A stretch of 64,000 bases of DNA, taken from the NCBI GenBank assembly GCA_028292245.1, contig JAQGMS010000008.1, forward strand, positions 21,107-85,106. The letters are read 5' to 3'. Position numbers and translations under genes: made by a program. The notes beneath the pieces are model-generated. The model was not told the origin of the DNA. It did no database searches and worked only from the letters and a program-made list of their open reading frames with translations. Positions 37,387-45,646 of this stretch are shown here, in pieces (positions within the stretch are counted from its first letter, which is position 1; every line of letters begins with the position of its first letter). The stretch is from Ramlibacter sp. GTDB taxonomy: Bacteria > Pseudomonadota > Gammaproteobacteria > Burkholderiales > Burkholderiaceae_C.

Positions 37387-38979
37387 CTACCCGAGGAGTT
37401 CTCTGCGAGATTTCCGCTTCTTCGCAGGACATGGGGACGTGGGGACTTTGACGTTCCTTCTGGGCGTGAGAGACTGATCTGACGACTTGCCCATAAGAAG
37501 GTCCGCCCACTCGTCTAAAGTTCGATGCGTGTCCTTGCCTGGGTCACAACGCATCGTTCTCGCATGCTCCAGAACCTCTGTGAATGGCCAATGCCATTGC
37601 ATGGCAACCGATTTTCCATCCGCTGAAAAGTTCGAGGTCACGTCACGGCAGATTTCACGCGCGAAGCGGGGATTCTCGAGGAAAGCCCGAAGGCGCAAGT
37701 GCTTTACGAGTTCGAGATAGAGAAGTGCTTGATGCGCGTGCGGAACCTCCCCGGGCTGGCGCTGCGCAATCATGTCGTCAATGTCAGCACGCGAGCGAAT
37801 GATCTCATTCTTCTTCTCCGTGTACGCCTCCCGGTCTATCACCTCATCGATGAGCGCGTCAGTTACAGCGCTCAAGCGAGCATCGAGCCGCTGTCGTTCC
37901 AAACGTAGAACCTGAATCGCCGTCTGGCTGTCTTGCCCCTCCTTAGACAACCTGGTCGCGAGCGTATCGATCAAGCCGGCATACGTCTCTATGAAACGCA
38001 AGAATAGTAGTAGGTCTTGCTCCAGCGCCGCCGTGACCAAACCCTCACGCAATGAGGTCCGCGCGCACGGCTTGCTGTGACAACGATAGTAGACGTGCCC
38101 TTTTTGGGTTTCACCTATCAGTTTCAGCTTGCACGTTGCGCATACGATGTCGCGTCGATACATATGGTCATGCTTGAGGCCGCGATGACTAGTTCGTCCA
38201 TGAAGGACATCTTGAACACGATCAAAGAGCGTCTTCGGGATCAGCGGCTCGTGTACTGCGGGGAAGAGCTCGCCCCACTTTCGTACCTTCATGATGCCGC
38301 AGTAAAACGGATTGTTCAGAATCGTCGTCAGCCCATTCGGGGACAGCCGCTTCCCAGCCGCCGTCCGCAATCCCAGGTTGAACAACTCAGTGCGGAGCGT
38401 ATGAAAGCTATGTTGTCCAGATGCGTATAACTCAAAGGCCTTCCGGATCAGAGGGCCGACAACCGGGTCAATGGACTTCGGGATGGCCTTGCCATGATCG
38501 AGGTATCCGAGCGGTGCCGCCCAGGGCCACAAGCCCTGCTTCAACCTGCCTAGCATGCCCTTCATTGTCTCCTCGCGTAGATTCCGAACAAAGTCTGCGG
38601 CAACAACGGCCTGCACGTCAGCCGCCAGACGTCCACCACGAGTTCCGAGGTCCAGAGAATCATGCGCGAAGTGCACCTTGAGCCCTATGTCGCTTAGATC
38701 AGCGATGTCCGCCCAATCCCTCAGATTGCGTGATCCGCGATCAATCCGGTGCAGGATGAGACCGTCAACCTTGCGTCGCTTGAGCGCCCTCATCATTGTC
38801 GAAAATAGCGGACGTCCGCGCTTGGCTGCCGTCTGGGTCTCGGAGAACCATTCGACCACATGCAGGTCGTGCTTCCTGGCGTAGCCGGTGATAGCCTCGC
38901 GCTGCGCTTCCAAAGAAACACCCTCGGTGCCCTGTTTGATCGTCGATGTGCGGATGTATGCGTAGACGCGTGATGACAT
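37387..38979 (-). CDS. Large serine recombinase (internal)
   Basis: YAYIRTST, IDRGSRN, recombinase domain (ILNNPFYCG, HEPLI), Zn ribbon CATC...CHSKPC, coiled coil. Confidence 0.93.
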   Translation of the reverse strand: MSSRVYAYIRTSTIKQGTEGVSLEAQREAITGYARKHDLHVVEWFSETQTAAKRGRPLFSTMMRALKRRKVDGLILHRIDRGSRNLRDWADIADLSDIGLKVHFAHDSLDLGTRGGRLAADVQAVVAADFVRNLREETMKGMLGRLKQGLWPWAAPLGYLDHGKAIPKSIDPVVGPLIRKAFELYASGQHSFHTLRTELFNLGLRTAAGKRLSPNGLTTILNNPFYCGIMKVRKWGELFPAVHEPLIPKTLFDRVQDVLHGRTSHRGLKHDHMYRRDIVCATCKLKLIGETQKGHVYYRCHSKPCARTSLREGLVTAALEQDLLLFLRFIETYAGLIDTLATRLSKEGQDSQTAIQVLRLERQRLDARLSAVTDALIDEVIDREAYTEKKNEIIRSRADIDDMIAQRQPGEVPHAHQALLYLELVKHLRLRAFLENPRFAREICRDVTSNFSADGKSVAMQWHWPFTEVLEHARTMRCDPGKDTHRTLDEWADLLMGKSSDQSLTPRRNVKVPTSPCPAKKRKSRRELLG

Positions 38980-39003
38980 GGAATGTCTATTCAAGCTAGC
39001 ACA

Positions 39004-39198
39004 TCAGTCATTCTCGTCAAGAGTCTGCTCCTTCGGCGCAACCGCATACCGCATGTAGTCTTCATAGAGTTTCGACAGGATCGAGGCGAAGCCGTTGTGA
39101 AGCAGTCGTAGATCGGCCTCCGACATCGTCGGGAATATCGCCCGAAGAATCGGCGCCACGTCGCTGTGCTCTTTGCCGTCGCGGTTTGCGTTTGACAT
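39004..39198 (-). CDS. Small protein upstream of the recombinase
   Basis: Co-oriented 24 bp before the recombinase start; paralog at 37106. Confidence 0.6.
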   Translation of the reverse strand: MSNANRDGKEHSDVAPILRAIFPTMSEADLRLLHNGFASILSKLYEDYMRYAVAPKEQTLDEND

Positions 39199-39303
39199 TG
39201 CGCGCAGTGTCGCGCGGCTTGGCGCCGCGACGTAGGCGGGGAGTCTGTCCCGGAGGGCAATTTTCTACACCTGCCAGGAAATCTCCTTCCGAGCTATCGT
39301 GAC

Positions 39304-40572
39304 TTGATGAAAGAAAAACCAAAAGGAACTCCCACGGTAAGTCACGTGCTCCACGATGGCACGATCATCGAACTGGTACTTAGGCAGGGAAGAACCGAAC
39401 TCTGCCTTTTCAAGGATGGCAGCTTCAAATACGTCGCCAACATGGAACATGGCGGCGCCCACTTCGTACCTGTATCTGCCAACAACAATCTCGTCAAGCA
39501 CGGTGCCGTTCTCCTGCCGTCAGGGCCAGCGGATTTCCGCTCACACGATGACCTGCTTCAAGACCTGCGTTCCTACATCCACCGATACGTCGCCCTATCC
39601 TCCGAATTCCTGGAAGTCGCTTGCGCCTATGTGCTCCTCACCTGGGTGTACGACGCCTTCAACGAAATCTGCTACCTGCGATTCGCCGGTGACTTCGGCT
39701 CGGGAAAGAGCCGCGCGCTTGCCGTCATCGGAAGCGTCTGCAACAAGCCCTTCTTCGCATCTGCTGCCTCGACCATCAGTCCGGTCTTCTACACGCTCGA
39801 TATCTTCCGTGGGACGCTCATCCTCGATGAGGCTGACTTCCGCTTCTCTGACTTGCAGTCAGACATCGTGAAGATCATGAACAATGGAAGCACCAAGGGC
39901 TTCCCAGTGCTGCGCCAAACTCAGACTGAGACGCGCGAGTTCGATCCTCGCGCCTTTCACGTCTATGGGCCGAAGATCGTCGGCATGCGCAAGACTTTCG
40001 ATGACGTTGCCCTTGAAAGCCGCTTCCTTACCGAAGACATGAATGCTCGCAATATTCGGCCTGACATCCCCTACAACCTGCCGGACGTTCAGCGAGATGA
40101 GGCGCTACTCCTGCGCAACAAGCTCCTCATGTACCGGTTCAAAACGCTCTCTGGTACGGCAATACAGGCCGACCAGGTAGATCGCTCTAGATCGGGCAGA
40201 TTCAATCAGACACTTGTACCGCTTCTTTCGGTTGCTCCGAACGAGGAGATCCGCGCGACCATCCGGATATTCGCCGAGCTATGCGAGGAGCGAAGCCGTT
40301 CCTTCCGCGCGCTGTCAATCGAGGCGGAAGTCGTGAGCACCATCTGTGAACTCTTCGCGGCGGAAGAAGACGATATCGCCGTGGGCCTCATTGCAAGCAC
40401 GCTTAAGGCCCGCATCCTGGGCGAATTCGACAGGCCAGTTACGCCGCGGTATGTCGGTCAAATCCTCAGGCGGGACCTCGGCCTCTACACGTTCAAGAAG
40501 CACGGAACGTTCGTCCTGCCAAGAATGGAGCAGGAAAAAGTGGAGAGACTCGCGAAGCGATATGGTCTCTGA
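39304..40572 (+). CDS. P-loop/AAA+-like ATPase, putative replicative helicase of the element
   Basis: Walker A GDFGSGKS, Walker B LILDEAD, ALESRF Arg-finger-like motif, wHTH-like C-terminus. Confidence 0.7.
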   Translation: MMKEKPKGTPTVSHVLHDGTIIELVLRQGRTELCLFKDGSFKYVANMEHGGAHFVPVSANNNLVKHGAVLLPSGPADFRSHDDLLQDLRSYIHRYVALSSEFLEVACAYVLLTWVYDAFNEICYLRFAGDFGSGKSRALAVIGSVCNKPFFASAASTISPVFYTLDIFRGTLILDEADFRFSDLQSDIVKIMNNGSTKGFPVLRQTQTETREFDPRAFHVYGPKIVGMRKTFDDVALESRFLTEDMNARNIRPDIPYNLPDVQRDEALLLRNKLLMYRFKTLSGTAIQADQVDRSRSGRFNQTLVPLLSVAPNEEIRATIRIFAELCEERSRSFRALSIEAEVVSTICELFAAEEDDIAVGLIASTLKARILGEFDRPVTPRYVGQILRRDLGLYTFKKHGTFVLPRMEQEKVERLAKRYGL

Positions 40573-40736
40573 GAGCCGAGCAACGTCCCCATGTCCCCAT
40601 ATCTTCCCAAAGACCCGCCTGAGATCCAAGCGTATAGCGCCTGTGTAACTGTCAAGGCTTCGGCTGCGCTCGGGGCTACGCCCGCTCTTTACAGCGCCCC
40701 ATAGCCAACCGCCGAAACGCTTCACACGTCCGGCGC

Positions 40737-40807
40737 GCTGTGGATAACGGCTTCAATAAGTTGCCCGCCAGGCAAGAAGCGCAGTCTAAGCATATGGCTG
40801 TGGATAC
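40737..40807. promoter_or_regulatory. Two DnaA-box-like sites 60 bp apart
   Basis: TGTGGATAA (perfect reverse complement of TTATCCACA) at 40739; TGTGGATAC at 40799. Confidence 0.45.
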
Positions 40808-40848
40808 GAGACCATGACAAGGTTGCGGAAGCGCGCAACACTCGATCT

Positions 40849-41211
40849 ATGACGCAATCAAATCCACATTCACCATTTCGTGCGTGGCGCCGCGGTGCCG
40901 CATTCAAGCAGAAGGAGATCGCACGCCTTCTTGGACTTCGCAGTAGCACGCAACTTTCCCGCATCGAGCGCGGTCAGCGCGTGCCAGGGCTCTCGTTGGC
41001 AATTGCCATCCAGGTTCTCACAGGTATGCCGCTTGAGGAGATTCTCAGGCCGTACTACGAGGCCGTCGAAGAGGAGACGCTTGCACGCGTAACTGAAATG
41101 CTCATGCACGTTGAGGGGAGTACGCATAACGTCACGCGAATGAAGGTGAAACATTTGCGGAGTTGTCAGGATCGGGTCATTACAAGACATAGACAGCACT
41201 CACATGCATAA
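40849..41211 (+). CDS. XRE-family HTH protein
   Basis: QKEIARLLG...LSRIERGQRVP. Confidence 0.8.
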   Translation: MTQSNPHSPFRAWRRGAAFKQKEIARLLGLRSSTQLSRIERGQRVPGLSLAIAIQVLTGMPLEEILRPYYEAVEEETLARVTEMLMHVEGSTHNVTRMKVKHLRSCQDRVITRHRQHSHA

Positions 41212-41740
41212 AAACAAACATCATCACCTGGTGCTATCCATCTACCCGGCAGTTCGCGGGTTCGCGTTTGTCCTCTTCGACTCACCTAAGAAGATCATAG
41301 ATTGGGGCAAGCGCGAAATCGGGAAAGACGTCATCGGAGCAAAGGCGGTTGACGCCATCACGGAACTCTTGCGTCGCAATCGTCCGGATATCGTTGTCAT
41401 CGACGACGTGGAGGAGCGCAGAAGTGTTCCCGCTATGCGGCTCAAACGCATTTACAGGGCTCTCCAGAGGCCAATCGCTGATGTAGGAGCCGAGATCGCG
41501 GTCGTCTCACGGCGTAACGTCCGGTTGGCGTTCGCGCAATTTGGGGCTCTCACAAAGCAGGACATTGCGAACGTCATCGCGGAGAGGATAGAAGCCCTCT
41601 CGACCCGGGTACCGCGTCCTCGTAAGCCCTGGACGGGCGAAGACTACCGCATGGGCGTCTTTGACGCCGCAAGCCGGGCACTCGCCTATTACCACATGGA
41701 AGACCAGGTAAACAGCGCTTCGCATGGCAAGGACGCTTGA
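41204..41740 (+). CDS. RuvC-like (RNase H fold) protein with a degenerate first motif
   Basis: VLSIYP..RGFAFV, PDIVVIDD, TKQDIA, FDAA spacing as in RuvC. Confidence 0.6.
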   Translation: MHKNKHHHLVLSIYPAVRGFAFVLFDSPKKIIDWGKREIGKDVIGAKAVDAITELLRRNRPDIVVIDDVEERRSVPAMRLKRIYRALQRPIADVGAEIAVVSRRNVRLAFAQFGALTKQDIANVIAERIEALSTRVPRPRKPWTGEDYRMGVFDAASRALAYYHMEDQVNSASHGKDA

Positions 41741-42068
41741 GCAAGAACTCAGGCGGCGCTGCCGGGGGTTCCCGCTTCACAGCCAGATCGGTAGAGCCGA
41801 TCCCATCCTATGCGCAAGAATCTATTGGCCGATCGGCGCAGTCGCATGGTACATCGCAGGCTACGACAGCAGGAGCTACGTCGCCTTCGGGTTGATCACC
41901 GGTATCGGGGATGACAGATGGGGCTACTTCACTATTCTTTCTGTGGTCGAGACGCTCATTGCCGGCGTGCCCCCTGTATTGGACAAGGACTTCAAGCCAG
42001 AGTTCGCCAGCCGCCTGGGTCTACCGACTCAGGCGGCCGCGTCTATAGAACCCAGCCAAGATGCCTGA
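41724..42068 (+). CDS. DUF2958-like protein
   Basis: P.G...WYI......AFGL..G......WGYF pattern. Confidence 0.6.
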   Translation: MARTLEQELRRRCRGFPLHSQIGRADPILCARIYWPIGAVAWYIAGYDSRSYVAFGLITGIGDDRWGYFTILSVVETLIAGVPPVLDKDFKPEFASRLGLPTQAAASIEPSQDA

Positions 42069-42153
42069 GCGAATTCCTCGCGTGCAGGTTCGAGTGCACC
42101 AAGCGCTGGTGCATTCGCGCATGCATGTGAAAGGAGCGTTCTAGGGGAGCAAG

Positions 42154-42175
42154 AGAGGCCCATGGGGGCCTCTTT
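42154..42175 (+). terminator. Possible terminator hairpin
   Basis: AGAGGCCC-ATGG-GGGCCTCT then TT. Confidence 0.45.
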
Positions 42176-42978
42176 GTCATGTGCCAAGGAGCGCTTGCTC
42201 ACCCTGTGAGGACGCTGAAAGAGGCCCGGGGGCGGTGATAGAGCCGAAACCCCCTAAGCGATTGCCTTAAGGCAAGCCGCGCGTCCGCCACCACACTTAG
42301 CCATGTTCTTCTCAGACGTCTAAGCCCACCATGTTTAGCTCTAAGCTGTTTTCAGCATTCCCGTCGTATCGCGGTGCAACCGGAGAGGGAGTCGCCGATG
42401 CAATGCGCCATCTACAACGAATGCAGCAAGCCAGCAAAGAGGCAGTGTTTGTCGAACCCCCGTGGGTCGACACTTGCGCCGGGTCACTTGAAGCGCTGAG
42501 GCAGAGCGATGTTGATGGGCAATCAGGCCGCTCCTCTCGCGCCTTTGCTCCAACAGTGACTATGGACTTGCTCTGACGCTTAGTTGTCTCTTTGGGAGAG
42601 TGGCGAAATAGATTTTCCCCGGCTGGCATTGGGTTTGATATCGAGCGCTTCAAGCCGCGGCCGAAAGTCGCACGCCAGGCTGTATGGCCCATTGGCAACG
42701 CCGCTTGGTATTTCGCCGAGTACGACCCGCATGCGAGCTTGGCGTACGGTCGGGTATAGGAGAGGCAAGGAGCGGTAGGGCTGCTTTATTGTCATCGAAC
42801 CGCTGCTACAGATTGCCGGCATTTTCCCTGCGACCCAAATCCGGATTTGAGCCGAGGTGAGCAAGCGAACTCGCCGCGATCAAACGACAAAAGTCCCTGA
42901 TAAGGGCCTTTTGTCGTTCGAAGAGTGCCCTTGACTGGCTGCAGGCCTACCTGATATTCCAAGTAAATCTAACGCCAA

Positions 42979-43425
42979 CTAGCGGGTCTCGTCGTAGGCT
43001 GGCCAGAGGGAAAACTTTCCCGAAAGCTTTGCGATGTCCTGGACAGCCCCGTGGAGCGCGACACCCAGATAGGTGAGTGCATCTTCAGTCGTTGCCGCCA
43101 AGGCTTGCGCCAGATCGTCATCGTGCCCTGTTTGCAACATCAAATCCGGGTAGTCAACAAACAAAACATTTTCTGCTTGACGGACTTCCGTCAAGAGTTT
43201 CTTCAGTCGTTGGGACTTTACGGTGGTTACGATAACGGGGTATTTTGAGATTCCGAGGTGCGCAATCCCTGCGCCGTCGTTCAGCACCCCCCGGCCCATA
43301 TCCTCCGCTGAAATCCTGTGTCCCAGCGCCAACGCCAAGTGACCTATGACATTGGCTGCAATGCCTGCAGTGATTTGTGAGGACACCACGATGACGCTTT
43401 TCTTTGCGCGATAGTTGTAGGTCAT
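42979..43425 (-). CDS. DUF2000-family protein (PTH2-like fold)
   Basis: VIVV...G.AAN..GHL, H.GIS.YP, YLGVALHG....KLSG.FSL. Confidence 0.75.
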   Translation of the reverse strand: MTYNYRAKKSVIVVSSQITAGIAANVIGHLALALGHRISAEDMGRGVLNDGAGIAHLGISKYPVIVTTVKSQRLKKLLTEVRQAENVLFVDYPDLMLQTGHDDDLAQALAATTEDALTYLGVALHGAVQDIAKLSGKFSLWPAYDETR

Positions 43426-43461
43426 AAAAGTGGGAGATAGAACTCTCCCGCCTCCAGTTAA

Positions 43462-44157
43462 TCAGGCTTGCACCTGGGTGTCAAAGATGCCTACAACTTC
43501 ATCGAGTAGCACGGCCATCCCGCGCTCCCCCACCATCACACCGAATGCCACTTCCGCCATGGAAGAGGCTGGCAACTCGTCGATAGCACGGTACAACTCG
43601 GCGACGTGCTTTTCGTCCACCGTGATGTGCATGTCGAAGAATTGGGTCCTCAACTCCGGAAAGTACCTGAGCATGCCCAACTTAATTGCTGAATAGGTGA
43701 TCGGCGTCATGCCCTCGTTCACGAGCATGTAGCCCAAGGCGCGCGCCAGATTGCCGTTTGCGGAAATGCTCAACGCAAGTTCAACCGCGAGTCTGATCCC
43801 CGCCTGCTCCGGATAGGCCTCGAATTCACCGCGCGGCACCCCAATCTTGTCCAGCAAGTGGAGGTAGTGTTGGAAATGGGCATGATCCGGATTGCCATTG
43901 CCGTGTTCGTCATCCAGATTGGCCTGAAGAATCGACCGGATTTTTTCATCCCGACAATCTTTTAGCATGTTCTCCAGAATTTTCGGAAATGTTCGGCTTT
44001 CCCGGCCGGCACATTTCACCCAGCGCAAGGACTCCGCTTTCGTGAGTTCGCCCTGATGCGCACGGATAACGAATGGATGATTCTCAATCCGGAATAGCGC
44101 CACGGCTACCTCGTTGCGGACATCTTGGCTTTTCGAGAATTCGTTCATCGCACCCAT
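43462..44157 (-). CDS. Heme-oxygenase-like diiron oxidase (CADD/PqqC/TenA superfamily)
   Basis: NLDDEHG...HAH, VNE, HITVDEKH ligand pattern. Confidence 0.8.
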   Translation of the reverse strand: MGAMNEFSKSQDVRNEVAVALFRIENHPFVIRAHQGELTKAESLRWVKCAGRESRTFPKILENMLKDCRDEKIRSILQANLDDEHGNGNPDHAHFQHYLHLLDKIGVPRGEFEAYPEQAGIRLAVELALSISANGNLARALGYMLVNEGMTPITYSAIKLGMLRYFPELRTQFFDMHITVDEKHVAELYRAIDELPASSMAEVAFGVMVGERGMAVLLDEVVGIFDTQVQA

Positions 44158-44250
44158 ATAGATACCTTTCAAAGAAGCAGTGCAACAGCGCACACCCACA
44201 TTGAAGTCGGCAAGTGGTTTGACATCAATGACCAACTCGGCTACGGTACG

Positions 44251-44277
44251 TGTCCGGTATGTGTCCGATACCGGACA
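44251..44277. promoter_or_regulatory. Perfect 10-bp inverted repeat, putative operator
   Basis: TGTCCGGTAT-N7-ATACCGGACA between divergent genes. Confidence 0.6.
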
Positions 44278-44292
44278 AAACGGGAGGACTAC

Positions 44293-45279
44293 ATGCGCAA
44301 CCGCCGCGAAGTGTCTGACTTCGGGAAAAAAATCGATCTGATTTTGAGTAGCGACAAGACACAGTATCGCCAGCAATCAGACTTCAGCAAAGCATTGAAG
44401 GGCGTACAGCCCGACTACTTCTCACGCCTAAAGGGCGGATCCCGCGTGCTCTCGGAAGGAGTCTTCAATCAGATCGTCGAGCTGTGTCAGGGTGCGGGCG
44501 TAGCGAAGGCCGATTGGCATGGCTCTCTGGAGGCCTTCGGCGAAAAGCTAGGCTTCACGCGCAAGCAAATCGATGACATAACTGGTGCGGTAGCTCCTCG
44601 CGGAATCGACTTCGGCTCACGCAGCAAGGATGGGGGAAATATTGATAGCGTATTCCAGGTCATTGGCGGCTACTGGGAATCGTTTTACTACTCGGTCTCA
44701 ACATTTGACGAAGCGCGCATTAGTCACGATTTGATCGTGATTGAAGAGCCCGACGAGGGCGGTTTCATGCCGTGCAAGGTAATCGATGGCTCTTTTGTAT
44801 ATGCGGGCCACTGTTTTCCAATTCACGGCTCCTTTGTGTATTTCATGCTAGAAAAACAGCAGTTGCTAGACGAAATCATTGTCTACCTGATGAATCGGCC
44901 GGAGCGGACTACGAATCCGGTGTTGGATGGGATTATTCTTTGCACGTCTGGAGGTGTGCACGACAAGGTTGCAGTGCCTTGTGCAGCGCGCGTCGCATTC
45001 CGATATCTCGGCAAGACGTTAGCCGAAGTAAAGCAGGCTTTGCCCCATATCAAAGCAAAACGCGGCCAGACGCTTACGGAACTTTTAACTGAGCAAATAC
45101 CCGGGTACATAGATCCAGTGACCATTGGGCCGGAGAACAAGCGCTATTGGGAGGTCAAGCAACTGATCGACAACACCATAGCCCCGGACCAAATCCCGTT
45201 TGCGATGCGAATGGAAAGACATCGCAAACTGCCAATTCAGGCAAATCTTGCTGAGGCGGCTCGAAAGGTGGTGGGATAG
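44293..45279 (+). CDS. Putative regulator: XRE-like HTH plus beta-rich C-terminal domain
   Basis: GGAGG RBS; QSDFSKALKGVQPDYFSRLKGGSR; GYWESFYYS...LDGIIL...AARVAFRYLG. Confidence 0.65.
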   Translation: MRNRREVSDFGKKIDLILSSDKTQYRQQSDFSKALKGVQPDYFSRLKGGSRVLSEGVFNQIVELCQGAGVAKADWHGSLEAFGEKLGFTRKQIDDITGAVAPRGIDFGSRSKDGGNIDSVFQVIGGYWESFYYSVSTFDEARISHDLIVIEEPDEGGFMPCKVIDGSFVYAGHCFPIHGSFVYFMLEKQQLLDEIIVYLMNRPERTTNPVLDGIILCTSGGVHDKVAVPCAARVAFRYLGKTLAEVKQALPHIKAKRGQTLTELLTEQIPGYIDPVTIGPENKRYWEVKQLIDNTIAPDQIPFAMRMERHRKLPIQANLAEAARKVVG

Positions 45280-45311
45280 CCTGCACTTCCTTAGCCAGTT
45301 TCGTGTGCCGC

Positions 45312-45566
45312 TCAATGTTGATTGACGATGGATTTCCCCCGGCTGGCATTGGGTTTGATATCGAGTGCTTCAAGCCGCGGCCGGAAGTCGATGTTGTGTT
45401 CGGCGAGCAGTCTCGCAAGGGCTGCGATCACGGCGAGGTTGGAAGGCACGTCACCGCGCTTCTTGTAGTTGGCGACCGTGTTTGGGTTGAGCTTAATCAG
45501 CCGCGCAAACTCTCTACCGGAAATGCCGGCACCGGCAAGCTCCAAGACAAAGGCGTCATACGTCAT
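45312..45566 (-). CDS. Small XRE-like regulator divergent from the integrase
   Basis: AGISGREFARLIKLNPNTVANY..RG.VP. Confidence 0.75.
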   Translation of the reverse strand: MTYDAFVLELAGAGISGREFARLIKLNPNTVANYKKRGDVPSNLAVIAALARLLAEHNIDFRPRLEALDIKPNASRGKSIVNQH

Positions 45567-45583
45567 GTCCCACTCTAGCATGA

Positions 45584-45619
45584 TCGCTATTTAGTGTTTG
45601 CGTAATCACTAAATAGCGA
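45584..45619. promoter_or_regulatory. Perfect 13-bp inverted repeat upstream of the integrase
   Basis: TCGCTATTTAGTG-N10-CACTAAATAGCGA. Confidence 0.65.
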
Positions 45620-45646
45620 GTAGATTCGTAGTCAGCTAAGGCGCAT

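Larger units (their letters stand above)
42611..45390. repeat. 60-bp direct repeat pair (42611..42670 and 45331..45390; 57/60 identical)
   Basis: Both copies encode DFRPRLEALDIKPNASRGKS on the minus strand. Confidence 0.9.

Noticed and set aside
41204-41740. TnpB/Cas12-like RNA-guided nuclease
   Set aside because: Only 178 aa, with no Zn finger, REC/WED region or repeat array.
42095-42113. TGCACCA...TGGTGCA as an NtrC site
   Set aside because: Spacing is 2 bp too long and there is no sigma54 promoter nearby; treated as a hairpin.
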